A DNA stretch of 64,000 nucleotides. Origin: an uncultured Acidobacteriota bacterium (GTDB taxonomy: Bacteria; Acidobacteriota; Thermoanaerobaculia; Multivoradales; UBA5704). Where the stretch lies: NCBI GenBank assembly GCA_963770895.1, contig CAVYRF010000002.1, forward strand, positions 4,480,001 through 4,544,000, written 5' to 3'. Both the position numbers and the translations under genes were made by a program. How positions within the stretch are numbered: the first letter of the stretch is position 1; the number at the start of each line of letters is the position of its first letter. Positions 21,801 to 32,164 of the stretch are shown one piece after another. The notes beneath the pieces were generated by a model. The model did no database searches. It was not told the origin of the DNA and saw nothing but the letters and a program-made list of their open reading frames with translations.

Positions 21801-24800
21801 CTGGTGACGTCCACCGCCGCCTCGGTCGGGCCGTACAGGTTGTGCAGCGGCGCCCCGACCGCCGCCGCGTGCTGCTGCATCAGCTGGTAGGACAGCGCCT
21901 CGCCGCTCGCCATCACCCGCCGCAGGCTCGCCAGGCCCCCAGGGCTCGCAGCGGTCCCGTCGGGCAGCGCGTCGACGAAGGCGGCGAGCATCGCCGGCAC
22001 GAAGTGCAGGGTGGTGATCGCCTCGGCGGCGATGGCGTGCCGCAGGTAGGCCGGATCGCCGTGGGCGCCGGGCTGCGCCATCACCAGGCGGGCGCCGGTG
22101 AGCAGCGGCCAGAACAGCTCCCAGACCGAAACGTCGAAGCTCCACGGCGTCTTTTGCAGCACCCGGTCGTCGCCCGCCAGGCCGTAGCGCTGCTGCATCC
22201 ACAGCAGGCGGTTGACGATGCCGCGGTGGGTGTTCATCGTCCCCTTGGGCCGCCCGGTCGAACCCGAGGTGTAGATCACGTACGCCAGGTTGTCCGGCGT
22301 CGCCAGGGGCGGCAGGTCGCGCTGGGAGCCGCGCCGCCAGCTGTCGTCGTCCAGCCAGAGCGTGCGCAGCTCCGGCGGCAGCGGCTCGCCCAGGCGCGCG
22401 GCGAGCCGGCGCTGGGCCAGCAGCACGTGGGCGCCGCCGTCGGCCAGCATGAAGCGCAGGCGCTCGGGCGGGTAGCCCGGATCGAGCGGCAGGTAGGCGC
22501 CGCCCGCCTTGAGGATGGCGACCAGGCCGACCGTGGCGGCGACCGACCGTTCGGCGCAGATCGCCGCCACCGTCTCAGGCCCCACGCCCCAGCGCCGCAG
22601 CTGCCGCGCCATCTGGTTGGCGGCGCCGTTGAGCGCGCCGAAGCTGAGGCAGTCGCCGGCCGCGTCGGCCACGGCGATCGCCTGCGGGCTGCGCCGCGCC
22701 TGCTCTTCGATCAGCGCGTGCAGGCAGCGCGGGCCGCCGCCGGCCGCGACCCCCCGGCGCTGCCAGTCTTCCCAGGCGACCTGGGTATCGTTCCACTCCA
22801 GCAGCTGCTGGCGATCGCTCGCACCGAGCAGCGGCACGTCGTCCAGGCAGCGGCGCGGGTCGCCGGCGAGCGCCTCGAGCAGCAGCCGGTAGTGCGCCGC
22901 CAGGCGCTTGATGGTGGCGGCGTCGAACAGGTCGCGGCTGTGCTCGAAGGTCAGCTCCAGGCCGGCGGCGGTGTCCACGGCTTGCAGCGAGAGGTCGAGC
23001 TTGGCCGTCGCGGTGTCGATCTCGCGCAGCTCCAGCTGGAGCGTGCCGCCGTCCGGCACGGCGATCGGCGCCACCCGGCGGTCGGCGGCGTTTTGCAGCA
23101 CCAGCAGGGCCTGCAACAGCGGCGCCGCGGCCAGGTCCCGCACCGGCGCCAGCTCCTCGACCAGCCTGTCGAAGGGCAGCTCCTGGTGCGCGAAGGCGTC
23201 CAGGCTCGCCTGGCGCACCCGCGCCAGCATCGCGCCCGCCGGCGGCCGGCCGGCGGTGCTGGCGCGCAGCGCGAGCGTGTTGACGAAGCAGCCGATCAGG
23301 CCTTCGATCTCCAGGCGGTCGCGGTTGGCGACGGGCGTGCCCACGACGACGTCCTGCTGGGCCGACCAGCGCGCCAGCAGGGCGGCGAAGGCCGCCAGCA
23401 GCGCCATGAACAGCGTCGCGCCGGCGCGCTGCGCCGCCTGGCGCACCTCGCCGGCGAGCGCCGGCGGCACGACGACCACCGTGCGCCCGCCGCGCAGGCT
23501 TTGCGCCGGCGGCCGCGGCCGATCGGCGGGCAGCGCCAGACGCGCCGGCGCCCCCGCCAGCGCCAGCCGCCAGTGGCGCAGCGCAGCCTCCAGCCGCTCG
23601 CCGGCCAGCTGGGCGCGCTGCCAGGCGGCATAGTCGACGTACTGCACCGGCAGCTCGGCCAGGGCGGGAGCCGCGGCGCCCGCCAGGGCGGGGTAGATGG
23701 CCGCCAGCTCGCGCAGGAAGACGCCGATGGACCAGCCGTCGCCCACGATGTGGTGCAGCACCAGGATCAATTGGTGATCGCACGCCCCCAGCCGCGCCAC
23801 CACGGTGCGCAGCAGCGGCCCGCGCGCCAGGTCGAAGGGTTGGCAGCCCAGCCGCGAGGCCAGCGCCTGCGCCGCGGCGGGCGCCGCCGTCTCCGCCGCC
23901 GCGAGGGCGGAGAGATCCACCAACGGCGTGGGCAGTGTGAAGTTCGCCAGCAGCTCTGACATCGGCTGTCCGGCGGCCGCCGGGTACGCGGTGCGCAGCA
24001 CCTGGTGGCGGCCGGCGATGGCGCGCAGGCTGGCGGCCAGCGCCGCCAGGTTCAGCGGGCCGCGCAGGTGGAGCGCCCCCGCCAGGTTGTAGGCGGCGCT
24101 GCCGGGCGCCAGCCGGTCGAGGAACCACAGGCGCTCCTGGGCGAACGACAGCGGCGGCGGCGCGGCCGGCAGCCGTCGCGGGATGGGCGCCGGCGCGTCC
24201 GGCAGGCGTTGGGCGAGGCGCGCCGCCAGCCGCCGCACGGTGGGATGCTCGAACTGCTCGCGCAGCGCCAGCTCGCCGCCGGTGGCCGCGCGCAGGCGCG
24301 CCGTCACCTGGGCGGCAAACAGCGACTGCCCGCCCAGGGCGAAGAAGTCGTCGTCGGCGCCGACGGGCGCGACCCCCAGGACCTGCTGCCAGATGCCGGC
24401 GATCAGCTGCTCCAGGCCGGGCCGCGGCGCGGCGAAGGCGGGGCGGTCGCCGTCCGCGCCGGGCGCCGGGCCGGGCAGCGCCTGGCGGTCCAGCTTGCCG
24501 CTGGCGGTGAGCGGCAGGGCGGCCAGCGCCACCACCTGCGCCGGGACCATGGCGGCGGGCAGGCGCGCCAGCAGCCACGAGCGCAGCGCGCCGGGGTCGA
24601 CCGTCGCGGCGCCGGGGGCGGGCACCACGAACGCCACCAGGCGGCGCGGCTCGCCGCGCGCCGCGACCGCTGCCGCGCCCACCGCCGGATGGCGCGCCAG
24701 CGCGGTTTCGATCTCGGCGGGCTCGATGCGTACGCCGCGGATCTTGAGCTGGAAATCGCCGCGTCCCAGGTAGTCGATCGCGCCGTCCGCCAGGTGCCGC

Positions 24801-27800
24801 GCCAGGTCGCCGGTGCGGTAGAGCCGGGCGCCGCCGCCGGCGAAGGGGTCGGGCACGAACTTTTCGGCGGTCAGGTCGGGCCGGCGCAGATAGCCGCGGG
24901 CGAGCTGCACGCCGCCGATGTGGAGCTCGCCCGCCACGCCCGCCGGCACCTGGCGCCCGGCCTTGTCGAGCAGGTGGATGCGGGTGTTGGCGACCGGCCG
25001 GCCGATCGGCACCAGCCGACGCGAGCCCGCCGGGTCGCAGGCCCAGGCGGTGACTTCGACCGCGGCCTCGGTCGGGCCGTAGAGGTTGTGCAGCGGCGCG
25101 CCCACCGCGGCGTGGAAGCGCTGCTGCAGGTCGTAGGGCAGCGCTTCGCCGCTCGCCAGCACGCGGCGCAGGTGGCGCCAGCGCGGCCCTGCCGCCGCCG
25201 GCGCCGCCGGCAGGGCCTCCACCGCGGCAAGGAACGAACGCAGCATCGCCGGCACGAAGTGGACGATGGTGACGTCGAGCCTGGCCAGGGCGTCGACCAG
25301 GTAGGCGTCGTCCAGGTGGCCGCCGGGGCGGGCCATGACCAGCTGGGCGCCGGCCGCGAGCGGCCAGAACAGCTCCCACACCGAAACGTCGAACCCCACC
25401 GGCGTCTTTTGCAGCACCCGGTCGGCCGGCGCTGCCGGCACGCCCGGCGGGGCTGCGGGTGACAGGGGGTGGCATCGCTCGGCCCAGCGCAGGCGGTTGA
25501 CGATGCCGCGATGGGTGTTCATGGCGCCCTTGGGCCGCCCGGTCGAGCCCGAGGTGAAGATCACGTAGGCGAGGTTTGCCGGCCCGGCGCCGTCGATCGG
25601 CGCCGCCACCGATGCCGCCGACGCCGCCGATGCCGCCGACGAGGCCGATGCCGGTGACGGCCAGGGCCGGGCGCCGCGGCGTGACCAGGGCGCGGCGGGG
25701 TCGTCGAGGGGCACCGTCGCGATGGCCGGCGTCCCCAGGCGCGCGGCAAGGCCGTCCTGGGCGACCGCCAGGGTCGCGCCCGCGTCCTCCAACATGAGGC
25801 GCAGCCGCTCCGCCGGCGCGTCGGGTTCGAGCGGCAGGTAGGCGCCGCCCGCCTTCAAGATGCCGAGGAGCCCCACCACCAGGGCGACCGACCGCTCGGC
25901 GCAGATCGGCACCACCGCGTCGGGCTGCACCCCCAGCTGCCGCAGGCGCTGCGCCAGCGCATCGGCGCGCGCGTCGAGCTCGCCATAGGTCAGGTGCGCC
26001 GGCGGCAGGCCGCCGGCCGGGTCGTCGACCACCGCCACCGCGTGCGGGGCGCGCCGCGCCTGCCGCTCGATCAGCTGGTGCAGGCAGCGGTCGGCGGCGG
26101 CCCAGGCGACCGCCGTGTCGTTGCCTTCGACCAGCTGCTGGCGCTCGGCGGCGGTCAGCAGCGGCAGCTGCGACAGCGGCGCCGCGCTGCCCGCGGGGGC
26201 GCCGCCGGGGCCGGCGGCCGCGGGGCTGGCGACCGCGGCGGCGAGCACCTGGAGGTGTCCGCCCAGGCGGCGGATGGTCGCGGCGTCGAACAGGTCGCGG
26301 TTGAACACCAGCGATGCGGCCACCGCGCCGTCGATCAGGGCCGTCGCCAGAGTGAGATCGAATTGGGCGGCGCGTTGCGGCAGGGCGACGCTCGCCAGCT
26401 CGATGCCGCCCAGGTCGAGACGCCCGCCGGTCGCTCCCAGCGCCACGGCCGCCAGCCCGCGCTCGCCGGCCGCGCCTTCGCGGTAGTGCACGAACATCAC
26501 CTGGAAGAGCGGCGAGCGGCTGGGATCGCGCTCGCCGCCCAGCCGCTCGGCGAGCCGCGCGAAGGGGTAGCGCTGGTGTGCCAGCGCCGCGATCACCGTG
26601 TCGCGCACCCGGCGCAGCAGCTCCGCGAAGGGCGGGTCGCCGGCGCAGTCGCCGACCGCCACCACCGGGTTCACAAGGTAGCCGACCAGGCCGTCCAGGC
26701 CGCGGTCGCCGCGGCCCGCCGTGGGCGTGCCCACGCGCACGGTCTCCTGGCCGCTGTGGCGGTGGAGCAGCGCCACCAACAGGGCGAGCAGGGTCATGAA
26801 GGGCGTCGCCCCCGTGCGTTCGCCCAGGGCGCGCAGGCGCGCGGTCGTGGCGGTGTCGATCGCCAGCGGCAGCGAGCCGCCGCGGGCCGTCTGCACCGGC
26901 GGCCGCGGCCGGTCGGCGGGCAGCGCCAGGGGCGGCGCCGTGGCTGGCAGGACGGCGCTCCAATACGCTTCGTCGGCGCGCCGGCGCGGTGCGTCGTCCT
27001 CCCAGCCCCGCTCCTGGGCGGCGAGCGCCCGGTGATAGGCGCCGGCGTCGAGCGGCGGCAGCGCGTCGCCGCGGTAGAGCGCTCCCAGGTCGCCGAGCAG
27101 GATGCCGAGCGAGCCGAAATCGGCGGCGACGTGGTGCACCGCGAGCGCCAGCCAGGGCGGCGCACCGGCGCGGCGGTAGACGGCGAGGCGCAGGAGCGGC
27201 CCGCGGCCGAGGTCGAAAGGCGTCTCCGCCCACTCGGCGAGGTGGGCGCGCAGGCGATCGTCGCTCCAGCCGCCGGCGTCCACCTCCGCGAGCTCGACAC
27301 CGGGCTCCGCATGGACCTCCTGGACGAAGGATTCGCCTTCCTGGACGAAAGCGCTGCGCAGCGGCGGATGGCGCGCCGCGACCGCCGCCAGCGCCCGCCG
27401 CAGCCGCGCCGCGTCCAGGCTGCCGCGCACCACCCGCGCCGCGCCGGCCAGGATGTAGGCCGGGTTGCCGGGGATCAGGCGGTCGAGCAGCAGCAGCGCC
27501 CGCTGGCCGGGCGAGGCCGGATACCGTGTCGCCGTCGGCGTCGGTGTCGCCGTCGGTATGGTGTCGGTGGCTGGGGCCGGCGCGGCTGGAGCCGCCGTGG
27601 GTCGGGCCGGCGTGGGTCGGGCCGCGAGTTTGGCCCGCTGCAGGCGCCGGTGCCGTGCGACCGCGGCTCGCAGCTCGGCCAGGGTCGGCCCTTCCAGCAG
27701 CTCGGCGATCGGCACCGCCACTCCCAGGTCCGTCTCGATGGCGCCGGCCAGCTCGGCGGCGGCGAGCGAGTCCAAACCCAGGGTGACGAGGGACCGGTCT

Positions 27801-27907
27801 TCCGGCAGCCGCGCGCCATCGATGCCAAGGGCGCGTCCCGCCAGCTCCGAAAGATGCGACGCCAGCACGGCGCGGCGCGGCCGCGCAACAGCACCGGGCG
27901 CTTTCAT
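9895..27907 (-). CDS. multimodular NRPS T0-C-A(Ser-like)-T-C-A(Ser)-T-C-A(basic aa-like)-T-C-A(Lys2/Aad-like)-T-C-A(unknown)-T-TE, ~6003 aa after correcting a +1 frameshift at ~19420
   Basis: Carrier motifs LGLDSL, LGGQSL and 4x LGGHSL. C-domain motifs HHVAADF, HHIVGDG, HHIVSDA, HHVAADG, HHIVSDG. Five A domains with (Y/F)TSGSTGxPKG, YGxTE, TGD and GKxDR. TE GWSLG...GDHY. Track ORFs 14669..27907 (valid to ~19430) and 9895..19053 differ by one base of frame. Confidence 0.93.
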
Positions 27908-28014
27908 AGTTGGATGCCTATATTATCATGCGGCAGCATGCGGACATTCCGGGCATCGGCCGGATCGTAGGTTGCCGACGACATCGCGCCGGCGCCGGCG
28001 TGGGGGGGAGACCT
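27908..28014. promoter_or_regulatory. shared divergent promoter region of NRPS and PEARL
   Basis: 107-bp intergenic with a lone AT-rich patch (ctatattatcat, 27918-27929) giving -10-like hexamers on both strands; GGAG RBS before GTG 28015. Confidence 0.5.
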
Positions 28015-30687
28015 GTGGCGGAGCGGCAGCACCAGGAGGCGAGCGATGGGAGGGACGGCGAGGATCACCTGGTGCGCCTGCCGGGCGAGCAGTTTGCCGT
28101 GTGGACCTGGGCCTCGGTGCGGGGCGCCGGCTTTCCGATCGCCGATCTGCTGCAGCTGGGTAGCGAGGACGCCGCGGCGGCGGCCGATCGCGCGCTGACG
28201 GCGCAGGAGGCGCTGGCGGCGGCGCGGGAGGCGGGGCTGGCTGCCCTGGTCGAGGGTTTCGATCGCTGCCCGCCCCAGTTGCAGCCGCAGTGGCAGGCCG
28301 CCGGCCGCCAGCTGGCGAGGGGCCGGCTGCCGGCGCTGCCGCAGGCCGAGACCGCGGACTTCGCGGCGGCGTTCCAGGCCGCGGCGGCGGCAGGCGACGC
28401 CCACCTGCTGGCCTATGCCGCCGCGCGGCGCCGGCAGTCCGAGGTGCTGCGCCGCGCGGCGGGTGAGCCCAGGCTGCGCGAGGCGGTGACGTGGCAGAAT
28501 CGCCACGCCCTGGCCACGGCCTTCGATCCGCTGTTGCGCCAAGCGGCGGCCGGCGACGGCAGCGGCGATGGCGATGGCGCCGGGGCCAACAAGCAGACCC
28601 GCCGGCACGAGCAGCTGGTGGCGTCCTACCTGCACCGCTACTGCACCAAGAACGACACCATCGGCTTTTTCGGTCCGGTCGGCTGGGCGCGGGTCACGGA
28701 CGCGCCGGTTGCGATCGTCGCCCGTCCGGGGGCGCGGCTGGTCTCCCACCGCAGGGTGTTCTTCGAGACCTGGTGCATCGACGCGGTGGCCGAAGCCCTC
28801 GCCCGCGACCGGCCGCTGCGCCCCTGGCTCACGCCGCGGCAGCTGCCGTTCTTTGTCCTCCAGGGCAACCTGTACATCCCGTTCGCCGGGACGCCCAGCC
28901 AGCTGTCGCCGGCGGAACGCGCCGTCTTCGCCGCTTGCAGGGGACGCCAGACGGCGCTGGAGCTGGCGGCGCGGCTGACGGGCGATCCGGCGGCGGCCGC
29001 AGCCGGCAGCGACGGCGACGGCAAGCTGGACCCGGTGCTCGGGCTGGCGTCGGCGGCGGACGTGTTCGAGGTGCTGGAGAGTCTGGCGGCCAGAGGCATG
29101 ATCGTGTGGCAGATGGAAGTGCCGATGCACCTTGCCGGCGAAGAGGAGCTGGCGCGCATCGTGCGGCGGGTCGCAGACCCGGCGTTGCGCGAGCCGATGC
29201 TGGCCGAGATCGGCGAGCTGGTCGCCGCCCGCGATGCGGTGGCCGCGGCGGCGGGCGACGCCGACCGCCTGCTGGCGGCGTTGGAAGCGCTCGACGGCCG
29301 CTTCCAGCAGTGCACGGGCGGCGCGGCGCGGCGCCTGCCGGGGCAGACCTATGCCGGGCGCACGCTGGTCCACGAAGACTGCCGCCGCGATCTCGACGTC
29401 GAGATCGGCGCCGATTTTCTGGCGGCGCTGGGGCCGCCGCTGTCGCTCGTCCTGATGGGTGCGCGCTGGCTTTGCGAAGAGACGGCGCGGCGCTTTCGCG
29501 GCGAATTTCAGCGCGCCTACGGCGAGCTCTGCGCCGCCTCGGGCGCGACGGCGATCGGCCTGCTGCAGTTCCTGCAAAAGGTGGCGCCGGTGCTGCTCGC
29601 GCCCGGCTCCAGCCTGGTCGCCGCGGTCGCCGCCGAACACGAGCGGCGCTGGTCCGAGATCCTCGCCCTGCCGGCCGGCGAGCGGCGGGTGCAGCTCGCC
29701 GGCGAGCGCATCCAACCGCTGGTGGCCGAGGCGTTCCGGGCGAGCGGGCCGGGCTGGAGGCTGGCCAGGCATCACAGCCCCGACCTGCTGGTGCGCGCAG
29801 CCAGCGTCGAGGCGATCGGCCGCGGCGATTTCCAGGTCGTGCTGGGCGAAGTGCACCTGGCGACCAACACCCTGCGCAATGCGGTGCTGATCGCCCACCA
29901 CCCGCAGCCGCAGGACCTGTGGCGGGCGATGCTGCGCGACATCCCCGACCCCACGGTCATCCCCTGGCTGCCGCGGCGGCGCGACGGCCAGCCGCGCAAA
30001 AACCCGCTGGGCTTCCACGTCATCCCGCGCAGCGCCCGGCTGGAGCTGGGCCTGATCGGCGCCAAGGACCTGCGCCTGGCGCTCGACACCGACCCGCCCG
30101 GCGACCCGCACGCCACCACCCTGTTTCTGGGCGACTGCCTGGTGACCGAGCGCGGCGGCGCCCTGTCGGTGGTGACCCGCGACGGCTCGCAGTGCATGGA
30201 CGTCGTGGACTTCTGCGAGCTGGCCATCTCCGTGCACACGATCAACAGCTTCCGCCTGCTGTCGGGCCGGCCGCACACGCCGCGCATCGCCATCGACAAG
30301 CTGATCGTGCAGCGCGAGCTGTGGCGCGTGCCGCTGGCGGACATTCCTGTCGCCGCCGCGCGCCCCGGCGCCGATCGCTTCCTGGCGGCGCGCGCCTTCG
30401 TGCGGCGGCATCGCCTGCCGCGCTTCGTCTTCGTCGGCTCGCCCTACGAAAAAAAACCCTTCTGCGTGGACTTTGCCAGCCCGGCGGCGATCGAGATCTT
30501 CGCCCGCGCCTGCCGCGGCGCGCAGGAAAAAGGCGGCCCCGACGTGCAGATCGCCATCTCCGAGATGCTGCCCGAGCCGGAGCAGACCTGGCTGCCGGGC
30601 CCCCACGGCGAGCGCTACACCAGCGAGCTGCGCCTGGTCGCGGTCGATCGCGCCGGCCGCTCCGGAGCGACGGCTGGAAGCACCTGA
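28015..30687 (+). CDS. stand-alone lantibiotic dehydratase N-terminal (glutamylation) domain protein, PEARL (peptide aminoacyl-tRNA ligase)-like
   Basis: VRGAGFP, LREAVTWQN, YLHRYCTKNDTIGFFGP, YAGRTLVHEDCRR, HHSPD, VLGEVH, TPRIAIDKLIVQRELW, EKKPFCVDF, SEMLP, YTSELR; ~890 aa with no LanB elimination domain. GTG start chosen from the RBS (track start 27910). Confidence 0.85.
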   Translation: MAERQHQEASDGRDGEDHLVRLPGEQFAVWTWASVRGAGFPIADLLQLGSEDAAAAADRALTAQEALAAAREAGLAALVEGFDRCPPQLQPQWQAAGRQLARGRLPALPQAETADFAAAFQAAAAAGDAHLLAYAAARRRQSEVLRRAAGEPRLREAVTWQNRHALATAFDPLLRQAAAGDGSGDGDGAGANKQTRRHEQLVASYLHRYCTKNDTIGFFGPVGWARVTDAPVAIVARPGARLVSHRRVFFETWCIDAVAEALARDRPLRPWLTPRQLPFFVLQGNLYIPFAGTPSQLSPAERAVFAACRGRQTALELAARLTGDPAAAAAGSDGDGKLDPVLGLASAADVFEVLESLAARGMIVWQMEVPMHLAGEEELARIVRRVADPALREPMLAEIGELVAARDAVAAAAGDADRLLAALEALDGRFQQCTGGAARRLPGQTYAGRTLVHEDCRRDLDVEIGADFLAALGPPLSLVLMGARWLCEETARRFRGEFQRAYGELCAASGATAIGLLQFLQKVAPVLLAPGSSLVAAVAAEHERRWSEILALPAGERRVQLAGERIQPLVAEAFRASGPGWRLARHHSPDLLVRAASVEAIGRGDFQVVLGEVHLATNTLRNAVLIAHHPQPQDLWRAMLRDIPDPTVIPWLPRRRDGQPRKNPLGFHVIPRSARLELGLIGAKDLRLALDTDPPGDPHATTLFLGDCLVTERGGALSVVTRDGSQCMDVVDFCELAISVHTINSFRLLSGRPHTPRIAIDKLIVQRELWRVPLADIPVAAARPGADRFLAARAFVRRHRLPRFVFVGSPYEKKPFCVDFASPAAIEIFARACRGAQEKGGPDVQIAISEMLPEPEQTWLPGPHGERYTSELRLVAVDRAGRSGATAGST

Positions 30688-30734
30688 AGGAAGGCTCGTT
30701 GCCTTCGAAGCATTGAGCAATTTAAGATCATCGT

Positions 30735-32003
30735 ATGACGCGAAGCCGACTGCCTGCACGATGCCTGGCCGCGCTGCTGGCTACCGCCTGGCTGCTGGCC
30801 GGTGCGGCACCTCCTCCTGCTGCATCCGCGGGTCCGACGGGCGCCGGGCACCTGGCGCCCCAGGCGGTAGAAGGCTTCAGCGGCGGGCCGCTCGATCCGT
30901 CGAGGTTTGCGCCTGGTATCGAGCGGCAGATCGTCGAAAGGCTCGACTCTCGTTACGAGAAGATACTGCGGGGGGCCAACGAAGAAGATGGGCGCCTCCG
31001 CGAGCAGATGACGCTGATCCTGGACGGGACAACCTTCGCCCTGACAGTTATTCTGTTTATCCTGGCGGTCCTGGCCTTCGCCGGGATTCGCGAGTTTCGC
31101 CAGGTCATCAAGACTCAAAGGGACGCCGCGGCGAGAATGGTGGCGAGCAGCGAGCAAGCTGCGCAGGAGACAAAAAAGATCCTGGACGAGGCTGCCCTGG
31201 AGACGCAGAAGGTCCGCGATCTCTCTGCCGGCCTCGACCAACGTATCCTGGAGCACGTCAAGGGTTCGATCGAGAAGACCTGGAGCGGGCTGATGCTTCA
31301 CTTCGACCAGCTCCCGACGATCGGTGACAAGCAGCGGCTGGCCGGTAGTGCTCCCGATCTGGTCAGCCCAGAGGCCAGACAGGCGTATGAAGAGGCGGAT
31401 CTGCTGGTGGTATTGGGAGATAAGCTGGGCTCTCTCGGCGGCGCTGAGAAGGCTACAACCTATTTCAACCACTTGGCGCGGTTCTGGTGGGGCGTCGAGG
31501 ACTGGGCTCGGGCCACGGCTCGATCCAGGCGGGCGATCGAGCTTGCCCCGACTTGCTTCGACGCGTACCTGACTTTTGCCATTGGCCTGATGGACCGCAG
31601 TGACAGACCTCCGGCACCGGACACTGCCACCAAGTTGCGGCTTCTAGCGGAGGCGGAGTGGCTGCTGGCGACTGCCCGGGAGTTGAAGCCCGAAGAGGCT
31701 GCCCAGATCGTCCATCGGCTGGGATGGATCGCCGATGAGAAGGGCAACTTCGCGCGCGCCGCCGACCTGTATGCCAATGCCCTCACCGGACAGCTGACGC
31801 CCGAGCTGCAAGGACGAATCGGCTACGATCTGGCTTGTGCTCAGTGTAAGTTGGGTCAACTACAGGAAGCCATCGATACTCTCAAACCGATCATCGACCT
31901 GGACGACAATCGGCGCCTGGCGGCGACAGATCCCGATTTCGAAAACCTGCGGCAGTCCTCAACACTGAAGGTGCACTTTGCAAATCTGATCGCGGTTCCT
32001 TAA
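30735..32003 (+). CDS. membrane-anchored coiled-coil/TPR protein
   Basis: Signal-like N-terminus, TM (FALTVILFILAVLAFAGI), coiled-coil, TPR-like helices ending in YDLACAQCKLG...AATDPDFENLR. Visibly more A/T-ending codons than its neighbours. Confidence 0.7.
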   Translation: MTRSRLPARCLAALLATAWLLAGAAPPPAASAGPTGAGHLAPQAVEGFSGGPLDPSRFAPGIERQIVERLDSRYEKILRGANEEDGRLREQMTLILDGTTFALTVILFILAVLAFAGIREFRQVIKTQRDAAARMVASSEQAAQETKKILDEAALETQKVRDLSAGLDQRILEHVKGSIEKTWSGLMLHFDQLPTIGDKQRLAGSAPDLVSPEARQAYEEADLLVVLGDKLGSLGGAEKATTYFNHLARFWWGVEDWARATARSRRAIELAPTCFDAYLTFAIGLMDRSDRPPAPDTATKLRLLAEAEWLLATARELKPEEAAQIVHRLGWIADEKGNFARAADLYANALTGQLTPELQGRIGYDLACAQCKLGQLQEAIDTLKPIIDLDDNRRLAATDPDFENLRQSSTLKVHFANLIAVP

Positions 32004-32129
32004 AGCTGATCTCCGGGGCCTCTTTTCTGGCGCATCTCGAGCCTCCTTTCTCCAACTAGCGGCAGTCTACTACCTGCCCGCGTCTGCTTCAAGCCAGCAG
32101 CGACTCCAAGGCCTGTCGCGAGTCGGGGC

Positions 32130-32158
32130 TTGCATTACGCTGGGTTACCGCCTATGCT
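32130..32158 (+). promoter_or_regulatory. sigma70 promoter of lexA (probably leaderless mRNA)
   Basis: TTGCAT (32130-32135)-N17-TATGCT (32153-32158), 6 nt before ATG 32165; no SD. Confidence 0.7.
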
Positions 32159-32164
32159 GTGCCC

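Noticed and set aside
28015-30687. Class I lanthipeptide or thiopeptide cluster
   Set aside because: No elimination domain, LanC, YcaO, transporter or Ser/Thr/Cys-rich precursor nearby; the motifs fit the PEARL-type small LanB.
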